Source of the DNA: Octopus sinensis
Taxonomy: Eukaryota
Direction: 5' to 3'
Length of the DNA stretch: 64,000 nucleotides
Assembly: GCF_006345805.1 (NCBI RefSeq)
Contig: NC_043008.1
Coordinates: 25,110,001 to 25,174,000, forward strand
Shown piece by piece: positions 52,641 to 64,000 of the stretch; position 1 is the stretch's first letter, and the number at the start of each line of letters is the position of its first letter. The translations under genes were made by a program, and so were the position numbers. The notes below the pieces were generated by a model that was not told where the DNA came from, ran no database searches, and was given only the letters and a program-made list of their open reading frames with translations.

Positions 52641-52851
52641 TTTCTTTTACTACAGGCACAAGGCCTGAAATTTTGGGGGAGGGGCGAATCAATTACATCG
52701 ACCCCAGTGCTCAACTGGTACTTATTTTATCAACCCAAAAGGATAAAAAGCAAAGTTGACTTTGGCAGAATTTGAACTCAGAACATAAGACTGATGAAAT
52801 GCTGCTAAGCATTTCCCCCAGCATGCTAACGATTCTGCCAGCTCACTGCCT
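52641..52851 (-). mobile_element. tRNA-derived SINE (GATAAAATAAGTACCAGTTGAGCACTGGGGTCGATGTAAT core)
   Basis: Minus-strand head GGCAGTGAGCTGGCAGAATCGTTAG..GAGTTCAAATTC (B-box-like, 52769-52779). A (TAA/TAG)n tract follows on the plus strand. Confidence 0.8.
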
Positions 52852-52883
52852 GAATAATAATAATAGTAATAGTAGTAATAATA

Positions 52884-52914
<31 letters not shown>

Positions 52915-52959
52915 TCCTTCTTTCTATTACAGGAACAAGGCTTGAAATTTGGGACAGGG

Positions 52960-54180
52960 GCAATAAACACTGAAAATGTGCAGAGAACAACTTTTGCCAC
53001 ATCCCAGGGAGAAAAACTAGAAGTCGTTGATAGCTTCCGTTGTTTAGGTGACCAAGTCAGTAGCGGGTGTGGGTGCTCTGAAAGTATAGCTGCTAGAATA
53101 AGAATTGCCTGGGCAAAGTCCAGAGAGCTCCTATATCTGCTGGTCACTAAGAGCCTCTCACTCAGACTAAAAGGTAGACTGTAGGATGCATGTGTACAAA
53201 CAACCATGCTACATGGCTGTGACTGCTGAGGACATGTGTAAGCTTGCAAGGAACGAAGCCAGTATGCTCCACTGGATGTGTAATGTCAGTGTGCATACAC
53301 GACAAAATGTAAGTGCCTTAAGAGAAAAGTTGGACCTGAGAAGCATCGGATGTGGTGTGCAAGAGAGATGACTGCACTGGTATGGTCATGTGGTGCAAAT
53401 GGATGAGGATAGCTGTGTGAAAAAGTGTCACTCCCTAGCGGTTGAGGGAAACTGTGGAAGAGGTAGACTCAGGAAGACCTGGGATGAGGTGGTGAAGCAC
53501 AACCTTCAAGCAATAGGCCTCACTGAGGCAATGACTAGCGACCGAGACCTTTGGAACTATGCTGTGCTTGAGAAGACCCAGCAAGCCAAGTGAGACCATA
53601 ACCCATGGCCTATGCCAGTGGTGTAACCAGCCCATTTAGGCGTAGCTCTTTTTCATTAGACACAATACTCAGCTTGTGAAGACCTGTTGAGGTAAGTGAA
53701 ATTGAAATCAAATTCCATGACAGTACTGCATGACTGGCATCCGTGCTAGTGGAGCGCTAAAAGCACCATCCGAGCATGATCATTGCCAGGGCTGCTGACT
53801 GGCCCTTATGCCAGTGGCACATAAAAAGCACCATTCGAGCGTGATCGTTACCAGCGTCGCCTTACTGGCACTTGTGCCGGTGGTACGTGAAAATAACATT
53901 TGAGTGAGGGCGTTGGCAGTGCCCCTGGACTGGCTCCTGTGCAGGTGACATAAAAACACCATTTGAGCGTGGCTTTTGCCAATACTGCCAGACTGGCCCT
54001 CGTGCCATTAGCATGTAAAAGAACCCACTACCCTGAGTGGTTGGTATTAGGCAGGGCATCCAGTTGTAGAAACTATGCCAGATCAGATTGGAGCCTGGTG
54101 CAGTCATGTGGCTCACCAGTCCCCAGTCAAACCGTCCAACCCATGCCAGCATGGAAAGCAGACGTTAAACAATGATGATA
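52960..54180 (+). mobile_element. 5'-truncated RTE LINE (second family)
   Basis: SQGEKLEVVDSFRCLG..IAARIRIAWAKSRELL, GRGRLRKTWDEVV, 3' UTR repeats and the tail GACGTTAAACAATGATGAT. Confidence 0.88.
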
Positions 54181-54865
54181 TCAGGATGGAATCTGGGATT
54201 AAAAATTTTGGTATGTCTTTCATAACAAAAGACAAAACAGAATTACCCTATAGTGATCTTGATTTGTTGTTGCTGTTAATTTTTCCACCGGTTTTATTTA
54301 TATCGTTGCTTTTCTCTCTGGTTTCATTGTAATTCATGTTGTCTCAGTGTTGTTTTTGTTGCTCTCTATGTTACTGAGTTTTGTGACAATACTGTGTTTT
54401 GCTATTGTGGTGGTGGTGAATTTGCTGTTATTTCATTCTAGCTCTGGTCTCTGAGCATGCTTAACATCATGCTACAACTGGTGATAACGATTAGGAGTGG
54501 TGGTGGTGTTGCCACTGCTGATTTTTCTGCAATATTGCCTGTTTCAAGTCGTCCAACACTTGTTGTTGTTGTTACTGCTATGCTGCCCCTCATTCTCCCT
54601 TTGACTCATTGTATTTTAGTGGAGTGAGTGACCATCACTGGACCATCATTGCTAAAAAAATAAATGCATTCAATTTGGTTAAGAACTGAATTAGTGATGA
54701 AGGCTAGAAATGCTTGCAAGAAACAAGTAGTTGACCATAAGAATATATTCACCCACAGCTACGGGTGAATGATTTATTTATTTTTGTCTTCATATATACA
54801 CATTTATTTATATATAATTATATTCATATACTCCTTTCTAAACATGTGTGTACATATATTACTCT

Positions 54866-55030
54866 TTTACTTGTTTCAGTCATTTGACTGTGGCTATGCT
54901 GGAGCACAGCCTTTTAATTTAATAAATCGAACCCAGGACTTACTCCTTGGACCACTAATTTATGAGGATGTAAACACACCAACATTGGTTGTCAAGTGAT
55001 CGTTGGGAGACAAACACAGACACAAATACA

Positions 55031-55040
<10 letters not shown>
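54866..55040 (-). mobile_element. SINE-like element (6.1-kb family)
   Basis: TTTTACTTGTTTCAGTCATTTGACTGTGGCTATGCTGGAGCAC matches 6057-6100. Confidence 0.75.
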
Positions 55041-55067
<27 letters not shown>

Positions 55068-55260
55068 CATCATCATCATCATCGTTTAACGTCCGCTTTC
55101 CATGCTAGCATGGGTTGGACGATTTTGACTGAGGGCTAGTGAACCAGATGGCTGCACCAGGCTCCAATCTTGATCTGGCAGAGTTTCAACAGCTGGATGT
55201 CCTTCCTAATGCCAACCACTCCGAGAGTGTAGTGGGTGCTTTTTACATGCCACCGGCACG
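55068..55260 (-). mobile_element. RTE 3' tail fragment
   Basis: (CAT)n-CGTTTAACGTCCGCTTTCCATGCTAGCATGGGTTGGACG is the reverse complement of the 54130-54180 tail. Confidence 0.85.
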
Positions 55261-55384
55261 ATATATATATATATAAAATACAAAATGGAACAAAAACGCA
55301 AAACATCCAGATAGACGATACAAAGAAAACAAGGATGGGTCATTCGGAGTTTTCTTTCCTCAGTCGAGTTCCAGATTATCTTTG

Positions 55385-55444
<60 letters not shown>

Positions 55445-55469
55445 CAGGGACAATAAACATTTCAGATGG

Positions 55470-56360
55470 TCAGAAAACAGATTCCAGATTCCATCACATG
55501 CTAGGGCAAGAAACTAGAAGTAGTTGATAGCTTCTGCCACCTAGGTGCCCAAGTCTGTAGTGGGGGTGGATGTTCAGAGAGTGTTAACATTAGAATAAGA
55601 ATAACCTGAGCAAAGTTCAGAAAGCTTCTACTCCTACTAGTGACAAAGGGCCTCTCGCTCAGAGTGAAGGGTAGATTGTATGATGCATGTGTGTGAACTG
55701 CCATGCTTCATGGCAGTGAAACATGGGCTGTGACTGCTGAAGACATGCGTAGGCTCGAAAGAAATGAAGCTAGAATGATCTACTAGATGTGTAATGTCAG
55801 TGTGCACACACAACAGAATGTAAGCACCCTGTAAGAAATGTTGGACGTAACAAACATTGGATGTAGCATGCAGGAGAAACATTTGCGTTGGTATGGTCAT
55901 GTACTACGGATGGATGAGGAGAGCTGTGTGAAGAAGTGCCACTCCCAAAGAGTGAAAGGAACCTGGGGTAGAGGGAGACCCAAGAAGATATGGGATGAGG
56001 TGGTGAAGCATGACCTTCGAACGTTGGGCCTCACAGAGACAATGACAAAAGACTGAGACCTCTGGAGATATGCTGTGACAGAGAAGATCTGGCAAATAAA
56101 CTGAGCTCACAGCTGTAACCTACACCAGTGTCGCATAACAAGCCCACTCAAAGTACCTTGGATTGTGGTCGTTGCCAGCCCCTTCTGACCACTGTGCTGG
56201 TGGCATGTAAAAAGCACCCACTACACCCTTGGAGTGGTTGGTGTTAGGAAGTGCATCCAGCTGTAGAAACACTGCCAGACCAGACTGGAGCCTGGTTCAG
56301 CTTCCAGGCTTCCCAGACCCCAGTCAACCATCCAACTCATGCCGGTATGGAAAACGGACG
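55470..56360 (+). mobile_element. 5'-truncated RTE LINE (second family)
   Basis: GKKLEVVDSF, HLRWYGHVLRMDEESCVKKCHS..GRGRPKKIWDEVVKHDLRTLGL (55838-56056), ending GGAAAACGGACGTT. Confidence 0.88.
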
Positions 56361-56512
56361 TTCCAGTTTCAGTCTACCAGATCCACTTAAAAAGCTTCGA
56401 TCGGCTTGAGGCTATAGTAGAAAACGCTTGGCCAAAATGCCACACAGTGGGACTGAACCTGGAACCATGTAGTTGGGAAACAAGCTTCTTACCACAGAGC
56501 CACTCCTGTGCC
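56360..56512 (-). mobile_element. tRNA-derived SINE (2.5-kb family)
   Basis: The reverse complement reads GGCACAGGAGTGGCTCTGTGGTAAGAAGC..GGTTCAGTCCCACTGTGTGGCA..GTGGATCTGGTAGACTGAAACTG. Confidence 0.75.
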
Positions 56513-56530
56513 TATATATATATATATATA

Positions 56531-56694
56531 CTTTATTGAAAAGCAACAGAAATTCAACAAAACCTGTTACTCGGAGTTTCACGTTCCCGTTCGTCGGACA
56601 GTTTTGTTAAAATTTTAACAAAACTGTCCGACGAACGGGAACGTGAAACTCCGAGTAACAGGTTTTGTTGAATTTCTGCTGCTTTTAAATAAAG
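56531..56694. repeat. 164-bp spacerless palindrome
   Basis: 82-bp arms with 80/82 identity (inner 66 bp perfect); centre TTAAAA|TTTTAA at 56612/56613. Confidence 0.98.
56618..56668 (+). ncRNA. Type I hammerhead-ribozyme-like motif (identical mirror copy on the minus strand, 56557-56607)
   Basis: Stem I ACAAAACUGU/ACAG(G)UUUUGU, core CCGACGA, stem II ACG-GGAA-CGU, GAAA, stem III ACU-CCG-AGU and cleavage triplet GUA (A at 56657). The only core deviation is U4 to C. Confidence 0.65.
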
Positions 56695-56765
56695 CATATT
56701 ACTCTACCCCTGGTATTTGAGTACTCTTTTTTCCACCTTATTTCACATCTATGTGTTTACTCCGG

Positions 56766-56808
<43 letters not shown>

Positions 56809-56959
56809 ACACTAGCATTATGACCCGTCCTTGCCGGGTCATAGTGCTAGTGCATGTATATATGTGTACATATTACATGTACATCTGTATATATACATCT
56901 ACACATAAAATACAAAGTTATATCTTGATATCGCTAGTGATAACAATACTCAAAATATA

Positions 56960-57710
56960 AAGCAGACTGGAATTGTAGGCCCGTCTCTTGCAATTTCGAT
57001 CAATTGTATCTTGTCCTCCAGCCTACCTCTACTTCTGGGGGGACATTTTAAATTTTTATCCGGGACGTCCTACGTCCCAGATATAAAGGTAAAAATAAAA
57101 TATTTCCACTTTGCAAGGTTCGAGTCGAGTACTCCCTTGCATGCTCCGTTGACTCGAAACTTGCTTCTATTGTGGCAAATTTACCGCCTCTTTCATAGTC
57201 GCACCAAGACACTTTTCGATGGTGCTTTCCTCCGGGTGTTCAAATCTTTTTTTTTCTCTACATTGTATACTTTATAGACAATAGTCTTTTCTTTGATTCA
57301 ATTTTTAATTTCGTTTGGTGATGTTATCCTAGATTCGCCGTCTTTGTCGGTGATCAATCCGAAATAGGCTTGTATTTCTTCCATTTAAATTTTAATGAGT
57401 TCGCGCCCGCCGACGGCTGCAGCGAATTTCATTTTTGGACTTTCTTCTATCGAATGCATTCTAACAAAAATGCTTCCGTATAAACGGTGAAAATATTGTC
57501 AATTTTCCCAGATACAATTCAATTTTTAAACAATAACCAAAGCTCCTTCTCCCAAAGGGGGAGGGTTACAGTTTACAATTATTTAACAAATGCAACACAA
57601 CAATGTTTCCCTTACGAGGAACCAACAAACGTGATAACAATAGTTAAACAGTAATAATAATAACAACAAACCTTACGGTGAATCAAAAAGCAGTACGCAG
57701 TTGAAGCTAT
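56960..57710 (-). mobile_element. 5' UTR + ORF1 N-terminus of an L1/Tx1-like element, 3'-truncated
   Basis: ATG at 57459, then KFAAAV, ITSPNEIKN*IKEKTIVYK and RGGKFATIEASFESTEHAREYSTRTLQSGNILFLPLYLGRRTSRIKI*NVPPEV. This aligns to ORF1 at 42054 (RGRKYATVDVRFTSEEEA..ILLPSYCGKRVARVRV..APPEL). Confidence 0.75.
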
Positions 57711-60700
57711 AGTCCTTTATGTATACGAAATAAACCTACAGCAGCGGCGAACAAAGAGGGGACAACACAACACAATTTGATTTGGGGTCAGATTTACTAA
57801 TGGTTTTACATAGATGATGAATTTTAAAATTTTAACACATAATTACGAATCACAATAAAAACGAAAAAATCGGATGATGGGACAGACCGGAAGACATTAC
57901 GGATGGAGTGGCAGCAGGTTTAGCTCGGACCACATGAGCCCCGCCTCGCCACTGATACCTGGGTTTCATCCCGTCCCACATTTATGCGGTACCATTCATA
58001 GGCAACATCTGTGCTACATACTTCCATCGTTTTTCGAACACTTTCTCAGTCAGGCATTTTCTCTCCAGCCCTATTTTCCTTTTTAGGTGGAAGATGAAGT
58101 AATTCATCAATCCAGGGTCAGAGATAAAATTGCCTGACTCTATACCTTTCAGCCTCGTCTTCCAAATTACTCTCTCGCAATTGCAACTACAACGAGAAAA
58201 CAATTCTTACCTTCTTTCGAGAGGAAATCCGGTGGGTCAATTTTTACAATAGCTGTACTCTTCGTGTGTTTGACAACAGTTGTTCGGCATAAACCCACAC
58301 CTCTGGACATTGAACAATAGCATGCGGGACGGTTTCCCTATCCCGCTCGCATCTTGGACATGTCGGATTGCCTCGGCCACCATGCCTTGCGAGTTTGTCC
58401 CGAACAGGTAAAGCTCCTCTGTAACATTGCCATGCCAGAGACTTCTGAAAGTTGTCCAGGGTCTTCGGCCCGAATGTACGTCGGAACAGACTGGCCAGCT
58501 GATTATCATCGAGACCTAGGGTTTCCCCTAAAGTATCGTTATATTCCGCCTCTACCAGCCCTCTATAGAAGAATGTATTGGAACCCCCACCGCAGGCGTT
58601 GCCCGAGCGACGGAATAGCAGGAGAGCCTTGCGACACTCCGTAAACCATGTACCTAGTTTTGATCTTCGATTCAACCAGGTTTCTCATCCACCGAAACTA
58701 GTAAACCTGGGAAACATCAGTTTTGCTAGAGGAGACCACACCCGTTCACCATCCAGGTAGAGCCACAGATGCCTCAACCTCAGCGCATGTCTGCATCAAC
58801 AGCCAAGGCATCCTTAGCCCACCCTTTAACGGTTGTTGACAGCAAGTAGAGCGTTTCACAAGCGGTTTCGAGCCCCTCCACAAAAAGTGAAAGAGCTGTC
58901 TTTCCAGCTTGATCAACCACGAATCAGGGCAAGGAACGTCGGATAGGCGGTAGGTGATGACCGATGCGATAAACACATTGGCTACCTCCGCCCTTCCTTT
59001 CAGGGATAGCCACCGCCAAACCAGGTCTTGACTACTGCAGCCACCCTGCTCGATACCTCGGCCCAGTTCTTCTCTATTTGGAGGCCAGGTCCAAACCAGA
59101 CCCCTAGCGACTTAATCGGACCCTCCGTCCAACGTCCCACAACGCTGTCAGGAGGCATCGACTTGCCTCTCCAGGTGCCGAGCTGCAAGCCGACTGACTT
59201 TTCACGATTAACGTTTGCTCCTGCCACCGTCTCGTAAACCTATATGGCCTTGCCTACCCTCTGTAGGTGATCCATTTCAGTTACGATGATGGTGATGTCA
59301 TCCGCGTAAGCTGACACCGATTTTCCACAACCTGGCTGTCTCGGGATGCCGCTCAATTTTCGCAGTAGTGGCTCAAGAGCCATCACGTACATAAGCGGGA
59401 GAGTGGACACCCTTGACGAACCGAGCGTTTGATGTTGAACGACTTCGATAAGAAGTCGTTCACCCGAACTACCGAGTCGATGTTGTCATAAATCTGAATG
59501 ATCCACCTGAGGAAGCCAAGTCCCAGGCCGAACTGTGCCAGAACAGACACCAGGTAGCGATGGTCAACCCTATCAAAAGCCTTAGATTGGTCTAATTGGA
59601 CCAGTGCCCCACCCTTGCCAGGATCAATATTAAACCCCTCTAAAGTGTAGCGCATAAGATGGAGATTATCCTGAATGGTTCTGCCGGGAACGGCACATGT
59701 CTGTGCCTCCCTGTTCAGACCATCCGCGATACGCGCCAATCTTTTCGATAACACTTTGGCCAAAATCTTCAACTCTGTGTTTAGCAGAGTGATAGGCCGA
59801 AAATTATCAATACAATACCCCTTGTCCGGGACCTTTCTGACAAGCGTCACTACTCCCCGGCGGACAGATCTGGGAATAAACCCGTTCTGCTACCAGTTCG
59901 CGTAGACCAACGCCAGTAGGTGCCCGAACAAGTCTGGCATACTCTTATATAACTCATAGGGTAGACCATCCAGTCCTGGCGCCTTTCCCGCGCCGCAGTC
60001 CGCCATAGCCTCAGCCACCTCCTCAGGCGTGATCGGCCCTTCACAGCTTGCCGCATCTCGCCCCGATAGGCGCGGCAGCCCGTCGAGGAGGTCCGTAAAA
60101 TCCCTCCTACTATCCGGTCCGCTGCCCACCCCGAAAAACTGAGCGGAGTGCTCCTGAAAGGCTTCACACACCCCCTAGGGTTCGTCTATCAACTTACCTT
60201 GTTGGTTCGTCAAGGATCGAATTGCGGAATCATTACCACGTTGAGCCTCCACCACTCGGGCCCATCCTGCGGCGTTGATTCCCTCACAACCGACTGCGCG
60301 GATCCTAGCTCTGACAATGCAGCCCATGTGTTTGGCCTCGAGGTGCTGGTTTAACGCCAGTCTCTTGGCCGTCACCTGAGCCGCAGAGCCAGTTTTCATG
60401 GCTTCCTCTAAATCCTTAACTAGAGTTGATCCCCTCCTAGCCTCTCTAGCCACTAATCCTATGCTATATCTAATAGACTCGAATTTTATGGCTCGCTTGA
60501 GAGCATACCACCATTTATTATTAATGATGGCACCAGACAGCGCCCTCTGAATCAAAGTCCTAATCCGGTCTCTGTACTCCTTAATCGCCAAAAGGGATGT
60601 ATGAAGTTTCCAATAACCGGAGCCTCTCTTATATACCTTATCTATGTCAAGCTTACAGATGACCATTTTATGGTTACTGTAGCTGACTGGATAAAACTGT

Positions 60701-61505
60701 GGACACTTAGCTATTTCTCTATCTGCTTTTCTAATTAGTATTCTATCTATGTAAGACCTGGAAGATCCGTCGCTATTTGACCATGTCCACAATGGAGCGT
60801 TCGGAAATTCCAGCCTATAAGGATCTGCTAGCTCAAAGCGTGTTAGCAGTTCCAGGAAGGCAGGTTACCTTTTCTATCTGTACACGAGCCAAAATAATCT
60901 ACTCGCGCTTGGTAAATTGTGTTGTAGTCTCCTAGCACAACTAATGAATGTGAAGTACTAAGAAATTTCTCTAGCTCTCGAAAATACTCAGTTTGCCCAG
61001 ATGATGATGAGGGTGCATAAATTGCAACCGATCTGATAATTTTACCGTTTCTGAACGTCAAATCCATGACGACCAGCCTACCTTCTGGATCTGAAAAAAT
61101 TAACTTTTTCTCAAAAACCCGGTTTCTTTTTAATAGGACCAACACCCCACTCCCGCCGGTAGGACTGCCTGGAGAGAAAAATCTTTCGTAGCCGTTCAAC
61201 AGCGGGAGCAGATCTCTTGGCCCTTCTAACCGGGTTTCTGTAGCAACAATGACATCCAAATTCCGCGACCTGATATCATTAAGGAAGCGGCCCTGCTTCC
61301 AGCTTGATCTCAGGCCACGCACATTTAAGCAACCAACATGAATGTTAGACATTACTTACCTCAGTATCAGTGGTTGGGCGTTTCTTCATCCTCCTTTTCT
61401 TTTTCTTTTTCCTGGGCTCGTGGCGTATTTGGACGTAGGCACTCGTAAATATATGGAGAAAAATCCATTCTTAGAGGGCCTACGTCGTGGAAGAATTCGG
61501 ACTTA

Positions 61506-63526
61506 CCGTATTTGACGGCATATAGGACGCACTTTTTTCCCAAAACTTTGGCTAAAAAAATCGCCTTGCGTCTAATATGCGAAGTCAAGACCCTCCCGTA
61601 GGCTAATCTTGTCCCAGACGCTCACTAACCTAGCTTACGATAAGTATTTCTACCTACGCTAACGCCTTAATGATATTTTCCGTACTCATGCATCATTATT
61701 TTATTGCTAGTATTATTATTATTATTATTATTACCAGTATTATTACTTTAAAATACGAATTATCGTAAAAATCAAAGCAATCTACCGTAAATTGTTAGGC
61801 TGCGATCCATGACACACGTTTACTAATATCAGCTGATCGGAACCCTAACTCGATGCCATCTGAGGAGTAAAACTACGGAATGCACATGATCGTTGCGAGT
61901 TCGTGTATATACGGAGGTAGGTTGGATATCTTGGTACAACAAAGTTTATGATCATAACAAAACACACTACAACAGTACAAGCACCCTCACGGCTATGGCA
62001 GCAAAAAGATCAAGCTACAAAATCTCCTACAAACTATGTTCATTAACGGTAAAATTATCAGATCGGTTGCAATTTATGCACCCTCATCATCATCTGGGCA
62101 AACTGAGTATGCCAAGGAGCATGGAAATAGAGCAGCAGCAAGGGTTTTTGGGCCACCACCTACAGAAAAAATGCTACGTGTCTGGCGACAGCAAGAAGAG
62201 CAGCTGATGAGAGCACAAAAACATAACCTTCGTTGCCCAACCCCACATTGGCCAGAACTTGAGGATGATATTAAAACGTGGGTGCTTGATGAGAGAAACT
62301 CAGGGAGAAGTGTATCTACCAAAATGATAATTCATGAGGCCATGAGAGTAGCAGAACAACGAGGGATACAGAACTTTGCAGGAACAGAAGGTTGGTGTTA
62401 CAGGTTTATGAAACGGAAGGGTTTATCAATGCGTACAAAAACATCCATTGCACAAAAAATGCCTGCTGATTATAAAGAAAAAATATTAGATTTTCATAGA
62501 TTTGTTATAAATGCAAGAAAGAAAACTTGTTTTGAACTGGGCCAAATGGGGAATATGGACGAAGTTCCACTCACATTTGGATGTACCATTGAACAGGACT
62601 GTGAGTGTCAAAGGGTCTAAAACGGTTTCGATAAAAACCACTGGCCACGAAAAGACCCACTATGCAGTAGCTCTGGCCTGTTGTGCTTATGGCATAAAAC
62701 TGCCAACTCTTTTGATATTTAAGAGAAAAACTCAGCCTAAGGATAAAATTCCAAGAGGTGTACTAGTTCATGTTCACGAAAAAGGCTGGATGGACGAAAA
62801 TGGAATGAAACTGTGGTTACAAAATATATGATCAAGGCGTCCTGGTGGACTATTAAGAAAACCTTCTCTTCTGGTTTGGGATCAGTTTAGAGCACATAGA
62901 ACTGAAGCCATTAAAAAAAGGGTGGGAGAATTGAAAACGCAGTTAGCTGTCATTCCTGGTGGACTGACGAGCCAATTGCAGCCTTTAGATGTGTCTGTGA
63001 ATAAGCCATTTAAGCAGAACATGCGTGAACATTGGAACAAGTGGATGGCAGAGCCACATCATGCCCTCACACCCACAGGAAGAATGAAGCGGCCCACCAT
63101 TGCTGAAGTGTGTGAGTGGGTGAAGAAATCTTGGGATGATGTTAGGCCTGAAATCATTGTGAAGGCTTTTAAGAAGTGTGGCATTAGCAATGCCCTTGAT
63201 GGCACAGAAGATGATGCATTATTTGAAGACAGTGATTTCAGCAGTAGTGATGAAGATGTTCCTTGTTTTGAAGATGATGAAGACTTTTCTGGTGTAGAAG
63301 ATGATGAAGAGTTTTCTGGTTAAAAAGATGATTAAAGATGATTACTATTGTAATTTGTATGCTTTCCTTTTGTATGTTTGCTTTTATGCAGCAATGTTTT
63401 CTGCTTTTGTAATGTGCTGCTAGACTGCTTTCAACAATATATGCTTAAATACACTTAAAACTTTTTTTCCTGAATTTGACCTGCTGAAATGAGGGTGCGT
63501 CTAATATGCCAGTGCGTCTAATATGC
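61506..63526 (+). mobile_element. Tc2/pogo-type DNA transposon (CENP-B HTH + DDE_1 transposase pseudogene) inserted in LINE ORF1
   Basis: Left end TA|CCGTATTTGACGGCATATAGGACGCAC; right end GTGCGTCTAATATGCC twice (63495-63527). Protein motifs YAKEHGNRAAAR, WPELE, GWCYRFMKR, NMDEVPLTF, WDQFRAH and QPLDVSVNKPFK. Native ATG at 61995. Confidence 0.9.
62045..62110 (+). other. 66-bp exact inverted copy of 60984-61049 (LINE endonuclease)
   Basis: 66/66 identity to the reverse complement of 60984-61049; encodes NGKIIRSVAIYAPSSSSGQTEY in both ORF 62036-62620 and ORF 60843-61352. Confidence 0.98.
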
Positions 63527-64000
63527 CCGCCCGTAATCCTTCCGGCCTATCTTGTAGATAAGAAAGTCTTTCGATGTAGTTTTTCCAACTCGTTTGACAG
63601 TTGGGATAACTGCCAAACGCTTGACTAGTCTGTTGTTTGAGGCCTTTATGGCCATGTACGCATTGTCTTTCTCTTGTTCATTTTTCCTTTTTATATTCAA
63701 TTTGGGAGGGGCGGTCTGTGTTTTTTTTTCTTTTTCTTAGAAGTAGTCGACCACCCCTCTTCTCTGTCTTTCTCTTCACTTTCTTCTGTCGTTGGTGATG
63801 TAACATATTTAGGTGTTGGTGCTGGTGTTTCTTTTGGTGTTGGTACTGATGTTGTTTCATCTGGTGTTTCTTCTTTTCTTTCCTTCTCTTTTGGTTGGCA
63901 CTCGGCCCTGATGTGTCCCCTCAACCCGCAGTTGAAGCATTTCGGTTTTCTGCCTTCCACGTATACGATCAGCCTCTCTCCTCCGCCAACATTTATGGCT

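Larger units (their letters stand above)
57712..64000 (-). mobile_element. L1/Tx1-clade LINE (ORF1 + ORF2), pseudogenised, running off the window
   Basis: ORF1 zinc knuckle CFNCGLRGHIRAEC (63697-63960) and ORF1 stop at 61367. ORF2 ATG at 61352 with CLNVRGL..VLGDYN..IDRIL..SNHK (APE), KAPGLDG, FRPITLLNTELK, QSKAFDRVDH, RQGCPLS, YADD and C-terminal CPRC..ETVPHAIVQC; ORF2 ends at 57982. 3' UTR GTCCCCTCTTTGT..ATAAAGG near 57712-57765. Confidence 0.93.

Noticed and set aside
55335-55370. Minus-strand CUGAGGA...GAAU hammerhead-like words
   Set aside because: Stem II is mismatched, GAAA is absent and there is no stem I.
61367-61588. 73-aa ORF as an independent gene
   Set aside because: It is a chimera of the transposon left end read backwards and the LINE ORF1 C-terminus.
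1-64000. CRISPR arrays, rRNA or prokaryotic operons
   Set aside because: No regularly spaced repeat-spacer array or rRNA similarity; the content is eukaryotic TE-derived.

Overview
AT-rich, microsatellite-dense metazoan DNA with one 100-N scaffold gap (18150-18249). I found no host gene. The repeat families look like those of octopod cephalopods (Octopus-like); this is inference, not verified. The window is a layered graveyard of transposable elements: two mariner remnants, an RTE-BovB-like LINE, several copies of a second RTE LINE, a CR1-type LINE, a Helitron helicase with an intact 3' end, a hAT remnant, a degraded Gypsy, a two-LTR Gypsy with nested insertions, a long L1/Tx1-like LINE interrupted by a Tc2/pogo-type transposon, ORF1-only derivatives of that LINE group, Penelope-like remnants and many SINEs. 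All coding regions are pseudogenised. The most unusual signals are: (1) hammerhead-ribozyme-like motifs in Penelope-type sequence, two loci as inverted pairs (one a 164-bp near-perfect palindrome) and two loci sharing a CCGA core variant; (2) an exact 66-bp inverted copy of the LINE endonuclease inside the transposase 1 kb away; (3) ORF1-only (half-L1-like) elements with target-site duplications in the same window as a candidate autonomous partner; (4) a LINE 5' UTR fused to a Helitron helicase. Most boundaries are approximate (tens of bp) and all alignments were done by eye.
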